In this document: positions 29,394 through 40,352 of the stretch, in pieces | How positions within the stretch are numbered: position 1 is the stretch's first letter | Layout of the letters: each line of letters starts with the position of its first letter | Origin: Vicinamibacterales bacterium | GTDB taxonomy: Bacteria; Acidobacteriota; Vicinamibacteria; Vicinamibacterales; UBA8438 | Assembly (NCBI GenBank): GCA_036012905.1 | Contig: DASCQF010000109.1 | Location: forward strand, 55,757-119,756 | Reading direction: 5' to 3' | DNA length: 64,000 bases | Made by a program: the position numbers and the translations under genes | Notes under the pieces: generated by a model | Told to the model about the DNA's origin: nothing | The model's database searches: none | Seen by the model: the letters and a program-made list of their open reading frames with translations, nothing else

Positions 29394-31292
29394 TCAGTTC
29401 CCCCGACGGTCCAGGATCTCTTCAATCTGGTCCATGACCCTGTCCATCCGGGCGATGAGCGCGTCGTAGGGCGCATCGGTGGCCAGGTCGATGCCATATT
29501 CCCGCAACAGCTCGTAGGCATAGCGGGAGCCGCCGGCCGAGAGCACCGCCAGATAGTCGTCCCGCGCCTGCTCATCGCCGGTCAGGAACCGCTCGGCGAA
29601 CATCGTCCCACCGGCGATGGACGTCGCATATTGGAACACGTAGAAGTTGCGGTAGAAATGCGGGATGAACGCCCATTCGACCGCATAGGCCGGGTCGATA
29701 GTCATCACACCGGTGTCGGCGCCGTGATACTGCCTGAGTAGCGCCTCGTAGACCCCGGTCATCTTCTTGCCCGACAGCGCCTCGCCCGCCTCGACCAGCT
29801 CGTGAATCTTGAGCTCGAACTCGGCGAACATCACCTGCCGGAAGAAAGTGCCGCGCGCCGCCTCGAGCGCGGTGCCGAGGTAGAACAGACGCTCGTCGTC
29901 CGAGATGTCCTGTCCGAGCATGTATTCCTGCAGCAGGACTTCGTTGGTCGTCGAGGCAATCTCGGCGGTGAAGGTAGCGTAGCCGGCGGTCTCGTACGGA
30001 TTCTGCTCTTTGGCCAGCATCGTGTGTATTGCGTGCCCCCACTCGTGCGTAAACGTGGACACGTCGTTGAATTGACCGTTGTGGTTCAGCAGGAGATACG
30101 GGTGCACGTCGTAGACGTCGCCGTACATGTAAGCACCCGGCGCCTTGCCCATCTGCGGGTAGACATGCATCCAGGCCCCGCCAAACCCTTCCTCGAGCAG
30201 CGCCAGGTAGTGATTGCCAAGCGGTGCCGCCGAGGAGAGCGTCAGCGTTTTCGACTCGTCGATATCGAACGTGCGCTCGGAGGCGACCAGATTGGGGTAG
30301 ATGTCGTAGTAGTGCAAGTCGTCGAGCCCGAGCATCCGCCGCCTGAGCCGGAAATAGCGATGCAGGGTGGGCAGGTGGCGATGCGCCGCCTCGATCAACG
30401 TGTGATACACGGCGGTCGGAATGTTCGGACCGGAGAGCGCCGCATCGAGCGCGTTCTCATATCGCCTGGCTTTCGCCTGAAACACGTGCGTTTTCACGTG
30501 GGTGTCGAGCGTCTGGCCCAGGGAGGTCTCGTAGGCCTTCCAGGCCCCCCAGAACCGGTCGAACACCAGTTTACGATCGTCCCGGTGCTGCGACGCCCGA
30601 TGGAGCGAGTAGGCGGCCTGGTCCAGCCGGACCTCTTCGTCGGTCGACAGCGTAACGGTCGGAAACGGCATGTCGGAGCTGGTCAGCATCGCGTAGATCC
30701 GCTCGGGCCCCTGCACGACCGGTCCGGTTGCCGCAATCACCTGTTCCGCCTCGTCCGACAAGGTGTGCGGCTCCTGCCGCAGCGTGTTGCGAATGTTGAA
30801 CGCATGCTTGGCGAGACCAGGCTCCTCGGCGAGATACCGCTCGACCGTCTCCGAGCCGACCCGCAACAGCTCTGGCGACACGAAGGCGACCGTTTCGTTG
30901 AGCTCCGACAGCAGGGCGGCCGCCAGGCCGCGGCGTTCCTGCGCCTCGGCCACCCGGCGGTCTTCGTCCGCTTTCAGAAACGCGAACACGTAGAGACGCG
31001 CGAGCTCTTTCTCCGTACCGGTGATCGCATCGAACGCCTCCCGCAGCATGGCGGCGCTCTCACCCAGACGGCCGCGGTAAATGGCGAGGCGGGCGACTCG
31101 CTCCTCGAGCTGTGTCTTCGACCTGTTCCAGGCCTCGTAGCTCGGATAGATCTCGTCGAGATCCCACTCGACCTGCTCCGGCTGGGACCGGTCGGCATCC
31201 TGCGCTGTGGCGATGGTCGTGGTTGTCATCATCATCACGATCAGACCGCCAACGGCGGCGGCCGGTGCAAACCAGGTGTCACGCGACATCAT
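29394..31292 (-). CDS. pepF: Oligoendopeptidase F (M3B) with signal peptide
   Basis: HEWGH zinc motif, [14 protein letters not shown] and YQYAT-like FQYAT. Confidence 0.9.
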   Translation of the reverse strand: MMSRDTWFAPAAAVGGLIVMMMTTTTIATAQDADRSQPEQVEWDLDEIYPSYEAWNRSKTQLEERVARLAIYRGRLGESAAMLREAFDAITGTEKELARLYVFAFLKADEDRRVAEAQERRGLAAALLSELNETVAFVSPELLRVGSETVERYLAEEPGLAKHAFNIRNTLRQEPHTLSDEAEQVIAATGPVVQGPERIYAMLTSSDMPFPTVTLSTDEEVRLDQAAYSLHRASQHRDDRKLVFDRFWGAWKAYETSLGQTLDTHVKTHVFQAKARRYENALDAALSGPNIPTAVYHTLIEAAHRHLPTLHRYFRLRRRMLGLDDLHYYDIYPNLVASERTFDIDESKTLTLSSAAPLGNHYLALLEEGFGGAWMHVYPQMGKAPGAYMYGDVYDVHPYLLLNHNGQFNDVSTFTHEWGHAIHTMLAKEQNPYETAGYATFTAEIASTTNEVLLQEYMLGQDISDDERLFYLGTALEAARGTFFRQVMFAEFELKIHELVEAGEALSGKKMTGVYEALLRQYHGADTGVMTIDPAYAVEWAFIPHFYRNFYVFQYATSIAGGTMFAERFLTGDEQARDDYLAVLSAGGSRYAYELLREYGIDLATDAPYDALIARMDRVMDQIEEILDRRGN

Positions 31293-34053
31293 CGGTCGCT
31301 CCCCCTGCAGGCCGGTCGTTGAAGGAAGACGGCGAAGCCCTCAGCTTCCTCCTGTCTCCGGCCTCCTGTCCGCTCTCGCTCTTCACGAGCTGCCTGAGCA
31401 CGTACTGGAGAATGCCACCGTGGCGGTAGTAATGCAGCTCCTCCGGGGTGTCAATCCGAACCGTCGCTGTGAAATCGCGTGCGGTACCGTCCGGCGCGAC
31501 CGCACGCACAGCCACCGCGCCGCGTGGCGCGAGACCGTCGGCGATGCCGGTCACGTCGAACGCTTCGCGACCGGTCAACCCGAGCGCGGTCACGCTGTCG
31601 CCAGGTCTGAACTGCAACGGCAACACCCCCATGAACACCAGATTGCTCCGGTGGATCCGCTCGAAGCTCTCCGCGATGACAGCGCGGACGCCAAGCAGCA
31701 TCGTCCCCTTGGCCGCCCAGTCGCGGGACGACCCGGAACCGTACTCTTTGCCGGCCAGGACAAGCAGCCCGACTCGCGCCACCCGGTACCGCATGGCGGC
31801 GTCGTAAATGCTCATTTCCTCGTCGTCCGGCTGGTACCGCGTCCAGCCACCCTCGGTCCCCGGCGCAAGCTGATTCCTGAGGCGGATATTGGCGAAGGTG
31901 CCCCGCATCATCACCTCGTGGTTCCCGCGCCGGCTCCCGAACGAATTGAAGTTCTGTGGATCGACTCCGCGAGAGATCAGATACGTCCCGGCCGGGCCAT
32001 CGCCGGGGATGGCGCCGGCCGGCGAAATGTGGTCCGTCGTCACGCTGTCGCCAAGCAGGGCCAAGACGCGCGCGCCGATGACGTCCGTCGGCGGCGCCGG
32101 CTCCGGCGACAGGCTCTCGAAGAACGGCGGGTGGCGTACGTAGGTGGAGTCGCCGTCCCACGCGAAGCGTTGACCCGTTGGCGCCGCCAACCCGCGCCAG
32201 CGCTCATCCCCCTCGAACACTCCGGCATACTTCGAGGTGAACTGCTCCGTGCGCACCGCCGCCGCCATGGCGGATTGAACCTCATTGGCCGACGGCCAGA
32301 TGTCGCGCAGAAACACGTCGATGCCGTCCGTGTCCTGCCCGAGCGGCTCGGTCGTCAGGTCGACGGTCATCCGCCCCGCCAGGGCATAGGCGACCACGAG
32401 CGGTGGCGAGGCCAGGTAGTTGGCGCGCACTTGGGGCTGCACACGGCCTTCGAAGTTGCGGTTCCCGCTGAGCACCGACGCGACCACCAGGTCGCGCGCC
32501 TTCACCTCGGCGGAGATGTCGTCTGGCAACGGCCCGCTGTTACCGATGCAGGTGGTGCATCCGTAGCCGACCAGCCCGAACCCGAGCTCGGCGAGCGGCG
32601 TCATCAACCCGGCCGCCTCGAGATATTCGGTAACGACCAGCGACCCGGGTGCCAGACTCGTCTTCACCCAGGGCTTCGGCTTCAGCCCGCGTGCGGCCGC
32701 TTTCTGCGCGAGCAATCCAGCGGCGATCATCACGCTCGGATTCGAGGTGTTGGTGCAGCTCGTGATTGCGGCGATGACGACCGCACCGTGGTCCACACCG
32801 GCGCCGTTACCGTGGGGCGCAGCCACCGGCTGCGTCCCGCGGCTCGCCAGCTGGTCCGTCAGTGTCCCGGCGAACGCGGTCTTGGCCTGCCCGAGCGGCA
32901 CCCGATCCTGCGGACGCTTCGGACCGGCGATGCTCGGCTCGACCTCGCCAAGCTCGAGCTCGGCGACCTCTGCATAGACGGAACCCTCGACGCCGGCGCC
33001 AAACATCCCCTGCGCCCGGGCATAGGCATCGACCAGTGCGACCCGGTGGGCGTCCCGCCCAGTCAGGGTCAGATAGTCGATGGTCATCTGATCGATCGGA
33101 CAGATCGCGACCGTGGACCCATACTCGGGTGACATGTTGCCAAGCGTCGCCCGGTCCGCCAGCGTCAGCGAGGCCAGACCGGGCCCGAAGAACTCCACGA
33201 ACTTTCCGACGACCCCCTGCTGCCTGAGCAGCTCGGTGATGGTCAACACCAGGTCGGTCGTGGTCGTACCTTCCGGCAACCGGCCAATCAGCTTGAACCC
33301 CACGACCTCGGGGATGAGCATCGAGATCGGCTGGCCAAGCATCGCCGCCTCCGCTTCGATACCGCCAACGCCCCAACCCACGACCCCCAGGCCATTGACC
33401 ATCGTCGTGTGCGAGTCGGTGCCGACGAGCGTGTCGGGGTACGCCATGGCGCCCTCGCCCGTCCCGTCGGTGCAGACGACCCGCGCCAAGTACTCGAGGT
33501 TCACCTGGTGCACGATGCCGGTGTCGGGCGGCACCACACGGAAGTTGTCGAAGGCCTGCTGTCCCCACTTCAAGAACGCGTACCGTTCCTTGTTACGCGA
33601 GAACTCGAGCTGCGCGTTGAGATCGAAGGCGTTCGCCTCGCGAAAGTGATCAACCTGCACCGAGTGGTCGATCACGAGCTCCGCCGGCTGCAACGGGTTG
33701 ATCCGCTCCGGGTCCCCTCCAAGTCGGACGACGCCGTCGCGCATAGCCGCCAGATCCACCACCGCCGGCACGCCCGTAAAGTCCTGCAGCAGGACCCGCG
33801 ATGGCATGAAGGCGATCTCCTTCGTGCCACCCGTCGCGGGGTTCCAGCTGGCCAGCGCCTGGACATCGTCGGCCGTCACACCGTGCCCATCTTCGCGACG
33901 GAGGAGGTTCTCCAATAGGATTTTCAGCGAGTACGGCAAGCGCGCCACTCCGGGGAAACCGGCGCGCTCGAGCGTCTCCAGGCTGTGAAACGTGACGGTG
34001 GTGTCGCCGACCGACAAGGTAGTGCGTGTGCCAAATGTGTTGTTGGTGCTCAT
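31279..34053 (-). CDS. acnA: Aconitate hydratase A
   Basis: [38 protein letters not shown] and [10 protein letters not shown]. Confidence 0.97.
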   Translation of the reverse strand: MSTNNTFGTRTTLSVGDTTVTFHSLETLERAGFPGVARLPYSLKILLENLLRREDGHGVTADDVQALASWNPATGGTKEIAFMPSRVLLQDFTGVPAVVDLAAMRDGVVRLGGDPERINPLQPAELVIDHSVQVDHFREANAFDLNAQLEFSRNKERYAFLKWGQQAFDNFRVVPPDTGIVHQVNLEYLARVVCTDGTGEGAMAYPDTLVGTDSHTTMVNGLGVVGWGVGGIEAEAAMLGQPISMLIPEVVGFKLIGRLPEGTTTTDLVLTITELLRQQGVVGKFVEFFGPGLASLTLADRATLGNMSPEYGSTVAICPIDQMTIDYLTLTGRDAHRVALVDAYARAQGMFGAGVEGSVYAEVAELELGEVEPSIAGPKRPQDRVPLGQAKTAFAGTLTDQLASRGTQPVAAPHGNGAGVDHGAVVIAAITSCTNTSNPSVMIAAGLLAQKAAARGLKPKPWVKTSLAPGSLVVTEYLEAAGLMTPLAELGFGLVGYGCTTCIGNSGPLPDDISAEVKARDLVVASVLSGNRNFEGRVQPQVRANYLASPPLVVAYALAGRMTVDLTTEPLGQDTDGIDVFLRDIWPSANEVQSAMAAAVRTEQFTSKYAGVFEGDERWRGLAAPTGQRFAWDGDSTYVRHPPFFESLSPEPAPPTDVIGARVLALLGDSVTTDHISPAGAIPGDGPAGTYLISRGVDPQNFNSFGSRRGNHEVMMRGTFANIRLRNQLAPGTEGGWTRYQPDDEEMSIYDAAMRYRVARVGLLVLAGKEYGSGSSRDWAAKGTMLLGVRAVIAESFERIHRSNLVFMGVLPLQFRPGDSVTALGLTGREAFDVTGIADGLAPRGAVAVRAVAPDGTARDFTATVRIDTPEELHYYRHGGILQYVLRQLVKSESGQEAGDRRKLRASPSSFNDRPAGGATDDVA
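31321..31370 (+). repeat. Repeat family A, copy 4 (inside the acnA 3' end)
   Basis: gaagacggcgaagccctcagcttcctcctgtctccggcctcctgtc. Confidence 0.7.
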
Positions 34054-34159
34054 CTATCTAGTTATCAGGGATTCGAATATCGATGTAGTCGAGCGATGAC
34101 GGACCTGGAGCCGGCCGGACGAACTCTTGATTGTCCTTCACCGCTGCGCGGTCACGCAA

Positions 34160-34233
34160 CCTGCCTCCTGCCTCCTGCCTCCTGCCTCCTGCCTCCTGCC
34201 TCCTGCCTCCTGCCTCCTGCCTCCTGCCTCCTG
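34160..34233 (+). repeat. Perfect heptamer tandem repeat (CCTGCCT) x ~10.5
   Basis: Read directly: 74 bp between the divergent acnA and nfo starts. Confidence 0.95.
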
Positions 34234-34251
34234 AGAGGATACGATCCCCCC

Positions 34252-35142
34252 ATGCCCAGACTCGGAGCACACATGTCGATCGCCGGCGGGCTCCCGCGTG
34301 CAGTGGAGCGCGCACGGGCGGCCGGCTGCGACACGCTGCAGATTTTCACCAGATCGTCCGGTCAGTGGCGGGCTCGGCCGCTGCCCGACAGTGAGATCGC
34401 CGAGTTCCGACGACTCAGCAAGGAACTCGATGTTCGCCCGGTCATCGCTCACGCCAGCTATCTGATCAACCTGGCGACACCGGACGACACCCTACGCCAG
34501 CGGTCCCGCGCCGCACTCGGCGAGGAGCTCGACCGAGCCGAGACGCTCGGCCTGCTCGGTGTCGTGCTCCACCCTGGCTCTTATACGACGACGACCGAGG
34601 AAGCGGGTCTGACCCGAATCGCCGAGAGCATCGGGGCGGTGCTGGACGACCGCCCCGAGCAGCAGACCACGTTGCTGCTCGAGCATACCGCCGGTCAGGG
34701 CACCAACCTCGGGTACACCTTCGAGCAACTCGGCACCATCATCACCGAGGTCGAGCGTGCCGGAACGGCCGCGCGGATTGGTGTCTGCCTCGACACCTGT
34801 CATCTGCTGGCCGCCGGCTACGACCTGGGGTCTGACACCGACTACGCCGACACCATGCGCCAGCTCGATGCATGTGTGGGATTCGAACGGCTACGGGCAA
34901 TTCACCTCAACGACTCGAAGACGCCGCTCGGCAGCCGGGTGGACCGGCATACCCACATCGGCAGCGGACACGTCGGGCTGGGCGGATTCCGGCGTCTGCT
35001 CTCCGACTCCCGCCTGGAAGCGCTGCCGATGGTGCTCGAGACCCCGAAAGAACGCACTGGCAGAAGTGCCGACATCGAACCGGACCCGATGGATCTGGAA
35101 AATCTTCGGACACTGAGAGAGCTGATGAAGGCGGAGACCTGA
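34252..35142 (+). CDS. nfo: Endonuclease IV
   Basis: LGAHMSIAGG, HASYLINLA, VLHPGS, EHTAGQG, CLDTCH, HLNDSK and DRH. ATG at 34252. Confidence 0.95.
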   Translation: MPRLGAHMSIAGGLPRAVERARAAGCDTLQIFTRSSGQWRARPLPDSEIAEFRRLSKELDVRPVIAHASYLINLATPDDTLRQRSRAALGEELDRAETLGLLGVVLHPGSYTTTTEEAGLTRIAESIGAVLDDRPEQQTTLLLEHTAGQGTNLGYTFEQLGTIITEVERAGTAARIGVCLDTCHLLAAGYDLGSDTDYADTMRQLDACVGFERLRAIHLNDSKTPLGSRVDRHTHIGSGHVGLGGFRRLLSDSRLEALPMVLETPKERTGRSADIEPDPMDLENLRTLRELMKAET

Positions 35143-35156
35143 ACACCGGGGCATGA

Positions 35157-35192
35157 GCTTCAGGCTTTGGGCTTTGGGCTCGGGCTTTGGGC
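35157..35192 (+). repeat. Degenerate GGCTTTG heptamer repeat
   Basis: gcttcaggctttgggctttgggctcgggctttgggc, with a second array at 38656-38683. Confidence 0.7.
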
Positions 35193-35200
35193 GCCCTGGG

Positions 35201-35734
35201 TCACTCGCCGAAGACGTAGGCCTCGAAGGTGAACAACTTGGCCCCGGTCTGCCAGGCATCGGCAGACAAGCCGGCCTTTACACATGTCTGCGAGAGAAAG
35301 GTCTCCCGGTCCCAACCCCACTCGGTCGGTACCTGGGGCAGCAGCAGACCGCGATGCGCCCCATGCTCGACGACGAGCCCGTGTCGGCCCACCTCGACCG
35401 CAGCGGGATCGGCGACCGGCTCGACCGGGCCGAGCACGGAGATCTCCAGGACGACCTCGGGCAGATCATCCAGCGGTAGCGGGGGAAAACGCGGGTCCTC
35501 GGTGGCAGCGTCGCCGGCACATCGGGCCACAACTGTCACCAATGTGTCGGCACGATCGACCGAGCCGATACAGCCACGCAATCGGTCGTGGTGCCGGATG
35601 GTGACGAACGCGCCGGTCCGCTTGGCCAGCCCCCCTGAGGCCTCTGGTGAATCAACTGGACGGCCTTCGAGCCTCGCAGCAATCGCCTGACGCGCGAGTT
35701 GCAGCAACGCCTGTCGTTCGTGTGGCTCCAGCAT
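35201..35734 (-). CDS. amrA: AmmeMemoRadiSam system protein A (AMMECR1 domain)
   Basis: GAFVTI..LRGCIG, EDPRF, GLLLPQV and KAGL. Confidence 0.92.
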   Translation of the reverse strand: MLEPHERQALLQLARQAIAARLEGRPVDSPEASGGLAKRTGAFVTIRHHDRLRGCIGSVDRADTLVTVVARCAGDAATEDPRFPPLPLDDLPEVVLEISVLGPVEPVADPAAVEVGRHGLVVEHGAHRGLLLPQVPTEWGWDRETFLSQTCVKAGLSADAWQTGAKLFTFEAYVFGE

Positions 35735-35750
35735 CGCCGGCGTCCTCTCT

Positions 35751-37682
35751 TTATCCCTCGAGGGCCTGCTTCACAGATTGCGCGAGCGTGGCCAGCCGAA
35801 AGGGTTTCTGCACGAAGCCCGCCAGACGTTCGCCGTCGAATCGTGTCGTGGCATCCCGCTCCGCGTAGCCGCTCATCAGAATGGTCGGCACGTCCGCACG
35901 GATCCGCCGGAGCTCCCGCAACGTCGCGGCGCCGTCCAGACCCGGCATCGTCACGTCCAGGAGCACGAAGTCGATCGTCTCTGGATGCTCGCGGAGCACC
36001 TCCACCGCCCGGCGGCCATCATTCGCCGTCCGCACCTGGAAACCGAGGGACTCGAGCATGTCGGTGGCCGTCTGCCGAATGTCGGTTTCGTCATCGACCA
36101 CGAGGGCCGTACCGGAGCCGCGCCACTCTTCGATGCCGTCGACGGTCACCTCGTCGGGCCGCGATGGCGTGACCGAGACGGGAAGCAGGATCGTGAAGGT
36201 CGATCCGCAGCCCAGCTCGCTGTCGATCGTGATCCCGCCACGATGCAATCGGACGATACCGAAAACAGCGGCGAGACCAAGACCTCGTCCGATGAACTTG
36301 GTGGTGAAAAACGGCTCGAGGACCTTCGCCTTGGTCTCGCCAGTCATGCCGGCGCCTGTGTCTGATACTTCGACACACACATATCGTCCTTCTCGAAGCC
36401 CACCATCCGCGTGCACCGTTTCCAGATACCGGCGATCGGCGTCGACGACCCCGGTATGCAGTGTGATGGTGCCGTCGGCGTCGTTGATCGCCTCGGAGGC
36501 GTTGGTGACGAGGTTCATGACCACCTGGCGCAATTGGGCCGGGTCGCCGTCGACCGCGGGCACCTGCGGATCGAGCTCCAACTTCAGCGGCGCGGATCGC
36601 GAGATGGCCACCTCGAGCAGGGGCACCATCTCACTGACCAGGCACGAGATATCGGTCTGCTCGACAACGAACTGCGACTTTCCCGCATAGGCCAGCATCT
36701 GGCTGGTCAGCTCGGTCGCCCGCATCACGGCCGACTCGATCCCCTCGACGGCATCCCGCAACTGCGAATCGGGCGTGAGCCGCTTCTGCAACAGGTTCGT
36801 CCGTCCGAGAATGCCGGTAAGCAGGTTATTGAAGTCATGGGCGATGCCGCCGGCCAGCACGCCGAGACTCTCGAGTTTCTGGGTTTGCTGGAGCTTCGCG
36901 TCGCGCTGTCTCATGACCGTCACGTCACTGGCGATACCGGCCATCCGATAGGAAGTGGAGGAGCCGTTCGGGATCGCGAATCCCCTGTCGCGGACCCAAC
37001 GGATGCCCCCATCCGGACGGGCGATGCGGTACTCCACGTTGTAGCCACCTTCGTCCGTAGCGCATTCCAGGATCTCCTCGACTCGTGCGCGGTCGTCCGC
37101 ATGAATCGTCTGAAGCCAGTCCTCACTCGAACGCAGGCTGTCGGCCGACCGTCCCCAAATCGTCTCGTAGGCCGGACTCACGTACTGGATGCGCCGGGCG
37201 GCATCGTTCAGCCAGAACACCTCCTCGATGTGACCCGCCATCAATCGGAATCGCTCCTCGCTCGCCCGAAGCGAAGCCTGCGTCTGCTCGCTACGAGTCA
37301 GCTCATCCGCCAGGGTCGATCGCGATCGCGTGAGATCGCCGACAAGCAGAAGAAGCCGCCGAGAAGTGATGCTGAAACCGCCGAAGAGACAGAGGACACT
37401 CACCAGGATGAAGGGCCAGCTGTAGTTGAGATGCAGGTTCTCCATCGCCGCCATTGCGTCGGCCGCGGAGCTGAGCTGAGGCAGCACGAACATCGTGAAC
37501 AGATCGGCCAGATGGAAGAAGCCCATGGCCGACAGACCGACGGCCATGAGCGCCAAGCCCCGCATGGCGCCCGAGTCGGCGAACCGCTGGCGATGCCGGT
37601 ACAGGTTGCGCAGCGCCAGAATCGCGACCAACAGAATGGCGATATCGACGGTCGCCATCAACGCCGTCGATTCCCAGATCAT
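35751..37682 (-). CDS. Hybrid sensor histidine kinase (TM-PAS-HisKA-HATPase-REC)
   Basis: GIAHDFNNLL, NLVTNASEA, FTTKFIGRGLGL and a C-terminal receiver (VVDDE, LLDVTMP, KPF). Confidence 0.92.
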   Translation of the reverse strand: MIWESTALMATVDIAILLVAILALRNLYRHRQRFADSGAMRGLALMAVGLSAMGFFHLADLFTMFVLPQLSSAADAMAAMENLHLNYSWPFILVSVLCLFGGFSITSRRLLLLVGDLTRSRSTLADELTRSEQTQASLRASEERFRLMAGHIEEVFWLNDAARRIQYVSPAYETIWGRSADSLRSSEDWLQTIHADDRARVEEILECATDEGGYNVEYRIARPDGGIRWVRDRGFAIPNGSSTSYRMAGIASDVTVMRQRDAKLQQTQKLESLGVLAGGIAHDFNNLLTGILGRTNLLQKRLTPDSQLRDAVEGIESAVMRATELTSQMLAYAGKSQFVVEQTDISCLVSEMVPLLEVAISRSAPLKLELDPQVPAVDGDPAQLRQVVMNLVTNASEAINDADGTITLHTGVVDADRRYLETVHADGGLREGRYVCVEVSDTGAGMTGETKAKVLEPFFTTKFIGRGLGLAAVFGIVRLHRGGITIDSELGCGSTFTILLPVSVTPSRPDEVTVDGIEEWRGSGTALVVDDETDIRQTATDMLESLGFQVRTANDGRRAVEVLREHPETIDFVLLDVTMPGLDGAATLRELRRIRADVPTILMSGYAERDATTRFDGERLAGFVQKPFRLATLAQSVKQALEG

Positions 37683-37793
37683 CGGCGTCCTCCCCCAGCC
37701 ATGCTCTCATGGGGCACTGACAGTGGCATCTGCCGCCGCCCCGAATCGTCTGGCGTTTCCCGGCGACGGGGTCACGCCCCGCTTCCCACACGT

Positions 37794-38651
37794 CTACGAT
37801 GCAAAGGTGCCCAATGCGGCGGCGAGATACCCTACGACCGAAGTCTTGTCGCCGGACACGTCTCCCGAGTCGGCGTAGCAAAGCACGCGGGCCTCCGCGG
37901 CCCCGAGAGCGGCAGCCGCCTTCATGACCGCAACGGCGGCCCCGCCGCCGCAGGCGACGCACCGACCGCGTTCGTGCACTGGATAGCGCTCGAACTCGGC
38001 CAGCAATCGGTCGGCGTCGAATCCGGTGACAGACTCGATGACGGCGCCGTCGAGCCGAGCGGCACGGTCCGCGTCGAAGTAATGCGAGAGATCGGTGCTG
38101 GCCACGATGAGGGGATTCAGCCCGGCGAGCTTCCCGGCCAGCGCCTCAGCCAGAGCCAGAACCGTGTCGCGCTCCTGGTAGCCGATGACCAGGGGCACGA
38201 TCGGGGTCTCCGGCAGGACATGGCGGAGAAACGGCAGCTGCATCTCGAGCGAGTGCTCGCGGACGTGCGCCGTCGGATGGGTCCTGATGCACGACGCGGT
38301 CATCAACTGCTCGGCCACCTCTGACGCCACGGGCACCGGGCCGAGCGGGGTATCGAACGCGCCGCGTGGGTAAATCGCCACGCCGTCGAAGCCGACGTGG
38401 TGCGACGGCCCGACCAGCACCGCGACGTCATAGGCTCGACCAGCAACCGCCTGATAGGCGTGGGCGGCGACCGGACCCGAGTAGACGAGGCCCGCATGCG
38501 GCACAACGATTGCGACAATGTCGCCCGTCGGCGTCACGTCGACGGTCTCGAGGTGAGCGGTCACCGCCGCGCGCAGCTTCACGGCAGTGTCCGGATACCA
38601 GCTACCGGCCACCGCCGGCGGTCTGACCAACCCGCCGCTCTCAAGGGTCAT
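37794..38651 (-). CDS. amrB: AmmeMemoRadiSam system protein B (MEMO1 family)
   Basis: RPPAVAGSWYP, PHAGLVYSG, EHSLEMQLPF, STDLSH and VVGY. Confidence 0.92.
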   Translation of the reverse strand: MTLESGGLVRPPAVAGSWYPDTAVKLRAAVTAHLETVDVTPTGDIVAIVVPHAGLVYSGPVAAHAYQAVAGRAYDVAVLVGPSHHVGFDGVAIYPRGAFDTPLGPVPVASEVAEQLMTASCIRTHPTAHVREHSLEMQLPFLRHVLPETPIVPLVIGYQERDTVLALAEALAGKLAGLNPLIVASTDLSHYFDADRAARLDGAVIESVTGFDADRLLAEFERYPVHERGRCVACGGGAAVAVMKAAAALGAAEARVLCYADSGDVSGDKTSVVGYLAAALGTFAS

Positions 38652-38655
38652 TGCG

Positions 38656-38683
38656 TTGGGCTTTGGGCATTCGGCTTTGGGCT
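38656..38683 (+). repeat. Degenerate GGCTTTG heptamer repeat
   Basis: ttgggctttgggcattcggctttgggct. Confidence 0.6.
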
Positions 38684-38717
38684 GATCGTGCTGAGACTAT
38701 CGTGCAGGCGTGCACGA

Positions 38718-38963
38718 TTACGGGTCGTCATTCTCGAAGTCCCGGTTCTCGGCACCGATATCTCCATCAGCCGGTCCGTCCACACGCAGTCGGAGCACGA
38801 TGCTGACGCCGACATACACAACGAGTGTCAGGATCGCCGGACTCCCCATGACCAACCAGAACGGGTCGACCGTCAGCCCGACGGCAAGCGATAACACCCC
38901 GAGGATCAGCATGATCCCGACCATCCACGGCGGGTGCAGAAACAGCGGTCGTTCGTCGCTCAT
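38718..38963 (-). CDS. Small two-TM membrane protein
   Basis: MSDERPLFLHPPW followed by two hydrophobic helices. Confidence 0.6.
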   Translation of the reverse strand: MSDERPLFLHPPWMVGIMLILGVLSLAVGLTVDPFWLVMGSPAILTLVVYVGVSIVLRLRVDGPADGDIGAENRDFENDDP

Positions 38964-39001
38964 GACAACACGTCGATTGTTGCACACCGCGTGGCGAGGC
39001 A

Positions 39002-39308
39002 GTGACGACCGCCCAGCTCTACCCATTTGAAAGCCAGACCACACTCACCATCGGTTCGGTGTCGCTCTGGGCGCACGTCAGTGGCGAACGTCTGGCGATC
39101 CGTGTCCGTGACACCGAGTCGGAGATCCGCAAGCGCTTCACCACGTTCGACTGGTATCCAGTGGACCAGCGTGGATTTCAATTTGGCATACAACCCTCCT
39201 TGCGCGTTCAACCCGCACACGACCTGTCCGCTACCCCCACCCGACAACCGATTGGATGTGCGGATCGAGGCAGGCGAGAAGAACTACAACGGACCGGGCG
39301 CGCACTGA
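39002..39308 (+). pseudogene. DUF1684 family remnant (internal deletion plus frameshift)
   Basis: One frame has [15 protein letters not shown]. Another frame continues [13 protein letters not shown]...[17 protein letters not shown], the DUF1684 C-terminus. Confidence 0.75.
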
Positions 39309-39353
39309 ATTTCGCATCTTGATGCCTGAAGACGTCGGGCACGCGCTCGACTG

Positions 39354-40250
39354 TCACCGCGCGCGAGCGTAGAGGTCCAGCAGGCTGGCGGCTCGGCATG
39401 TCTCGAGCAGACCGCGATACACGCCGGTCAAAGCGGGGGACCGGTCAGGGCGATCCATGACCGGTGTTTCCACCCGAATTACTTCAAACCCGGCCGCCTC
39501 GACCAGGCGCCGGAGGGTGGTCGGCGTGAAGAACCAGAGGTGGTGCAACGCGGCGTAGTGGCGCCAGCGTTTGCTCTTCAGACCAAGCCGGCTCTGCCAA
39601 CTCTTGAGCCGCAGACTGAGACCGGCCACGTTCGGCACGCCAACCAGGAGAATCCCGCCCGGGCTCACGACCTCTCGAGCTCGCCGCAGCTCGACAAGCG
39701 GGTCGCGGGTGTGCTCGAGCACATGATTGAATCGGACCACGTCGTATCGCGTGGTGCCGAAATCGATCGTGGGCAGCTCGCCAAACCATAGCCTGGCGCC
39801 ACTCGTGCGGGCCCAGTCGGTGACCACCATATCGGTGCCCTCCACCTCCCAACCGCGGTCGCTGATGAACCGCAAGAACGCGCCGGCCCCGCAGCCGACA
39901 TCGAGCAGGTGGCGCCGCCCTACATCGAGACAACGCTCGAGGCGAGCGATCTGCCGAGCATAGTGCCGCTCGTGCCGGGCATCGACCTTCGCCTCCTCCG
40001 GCCGATGGTAGCCCGCACCGTAGACGGCGGTCGCCATCTGCTCGAGCACCGGTCTCGGGCTGTGAAACTGCAACCCGCAGGACCGGCATCGAGCAAGATG
40101 CAGCCCTTGAAAATCGATGGCGAACCGCTCCGGCCGGCGGCGACACAGCGGGCACAATACGGACTCACGATCGGGAAGCGCCGAGGCGACGTCTTCCCGC
40201 GAGCGTCCGAACAGCGACCGGGGCGACTCGGTCTCCGACGTGCCGCTCAT
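39354..40250 (-). CDS. Class I SAM-dependent methyltransferase with N-terminal Zn-ribbon
   Basis: CPLC..CRSC, LLDVGCGAG, HVLEH and HHLWFF. Confidence 0.85.
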   Translation of the reverse strand: MSGTSETESPRSLFGRSREDVASALPDRESVLCPLCRRRPERFAIDFQGLHLARCRSCGLQFHSPRPVLEQMATAVYGAGYHRPEEAKVDARHERHYARQIARLERCLDVGRRHLLDVGCGAGAFLRFISDRGWEVEGTDMVVTDWARTSGARLWFGELPTIDFGTTRYDVVRFNHVLEHTRDPLVELRRAREVVSPGGILLVGVPNVAGLSLRLKSWQSRLGLKSKRWRHYAALHHLWFFTPTTLRRLVEAAGFEVIRVETPVMDRPDRSPALTGVYRGLLETCRAASLLDLYARAR

Positions 40251-40352
40251 GACGCGGCCTCGGTGCAGATCATGCGCCTATGATGCCGGACGGAGCGCGT
40301 GGGGGCCAACCGATGCCCCGAAGGCACGAGGACACGCATGGTACCATCAGGC

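Noticed and set aside
33985..34251. N-terminal LLPPASC repeat extension on Nfo
   Set aside because: It is a translation of the heptamer array. Nfo homology begins at 34252, just after a -10 box.
36411..38324. Long ORFs antisense to real genes (637 aa here; also 31207-33132, 51018-52928, 22436-23986, 47309-48958, 57107-58666)
   Set aside because: These are shadow ORFs typical of high-GC DNA, opposite well-supported genes and without recognisable motifs.
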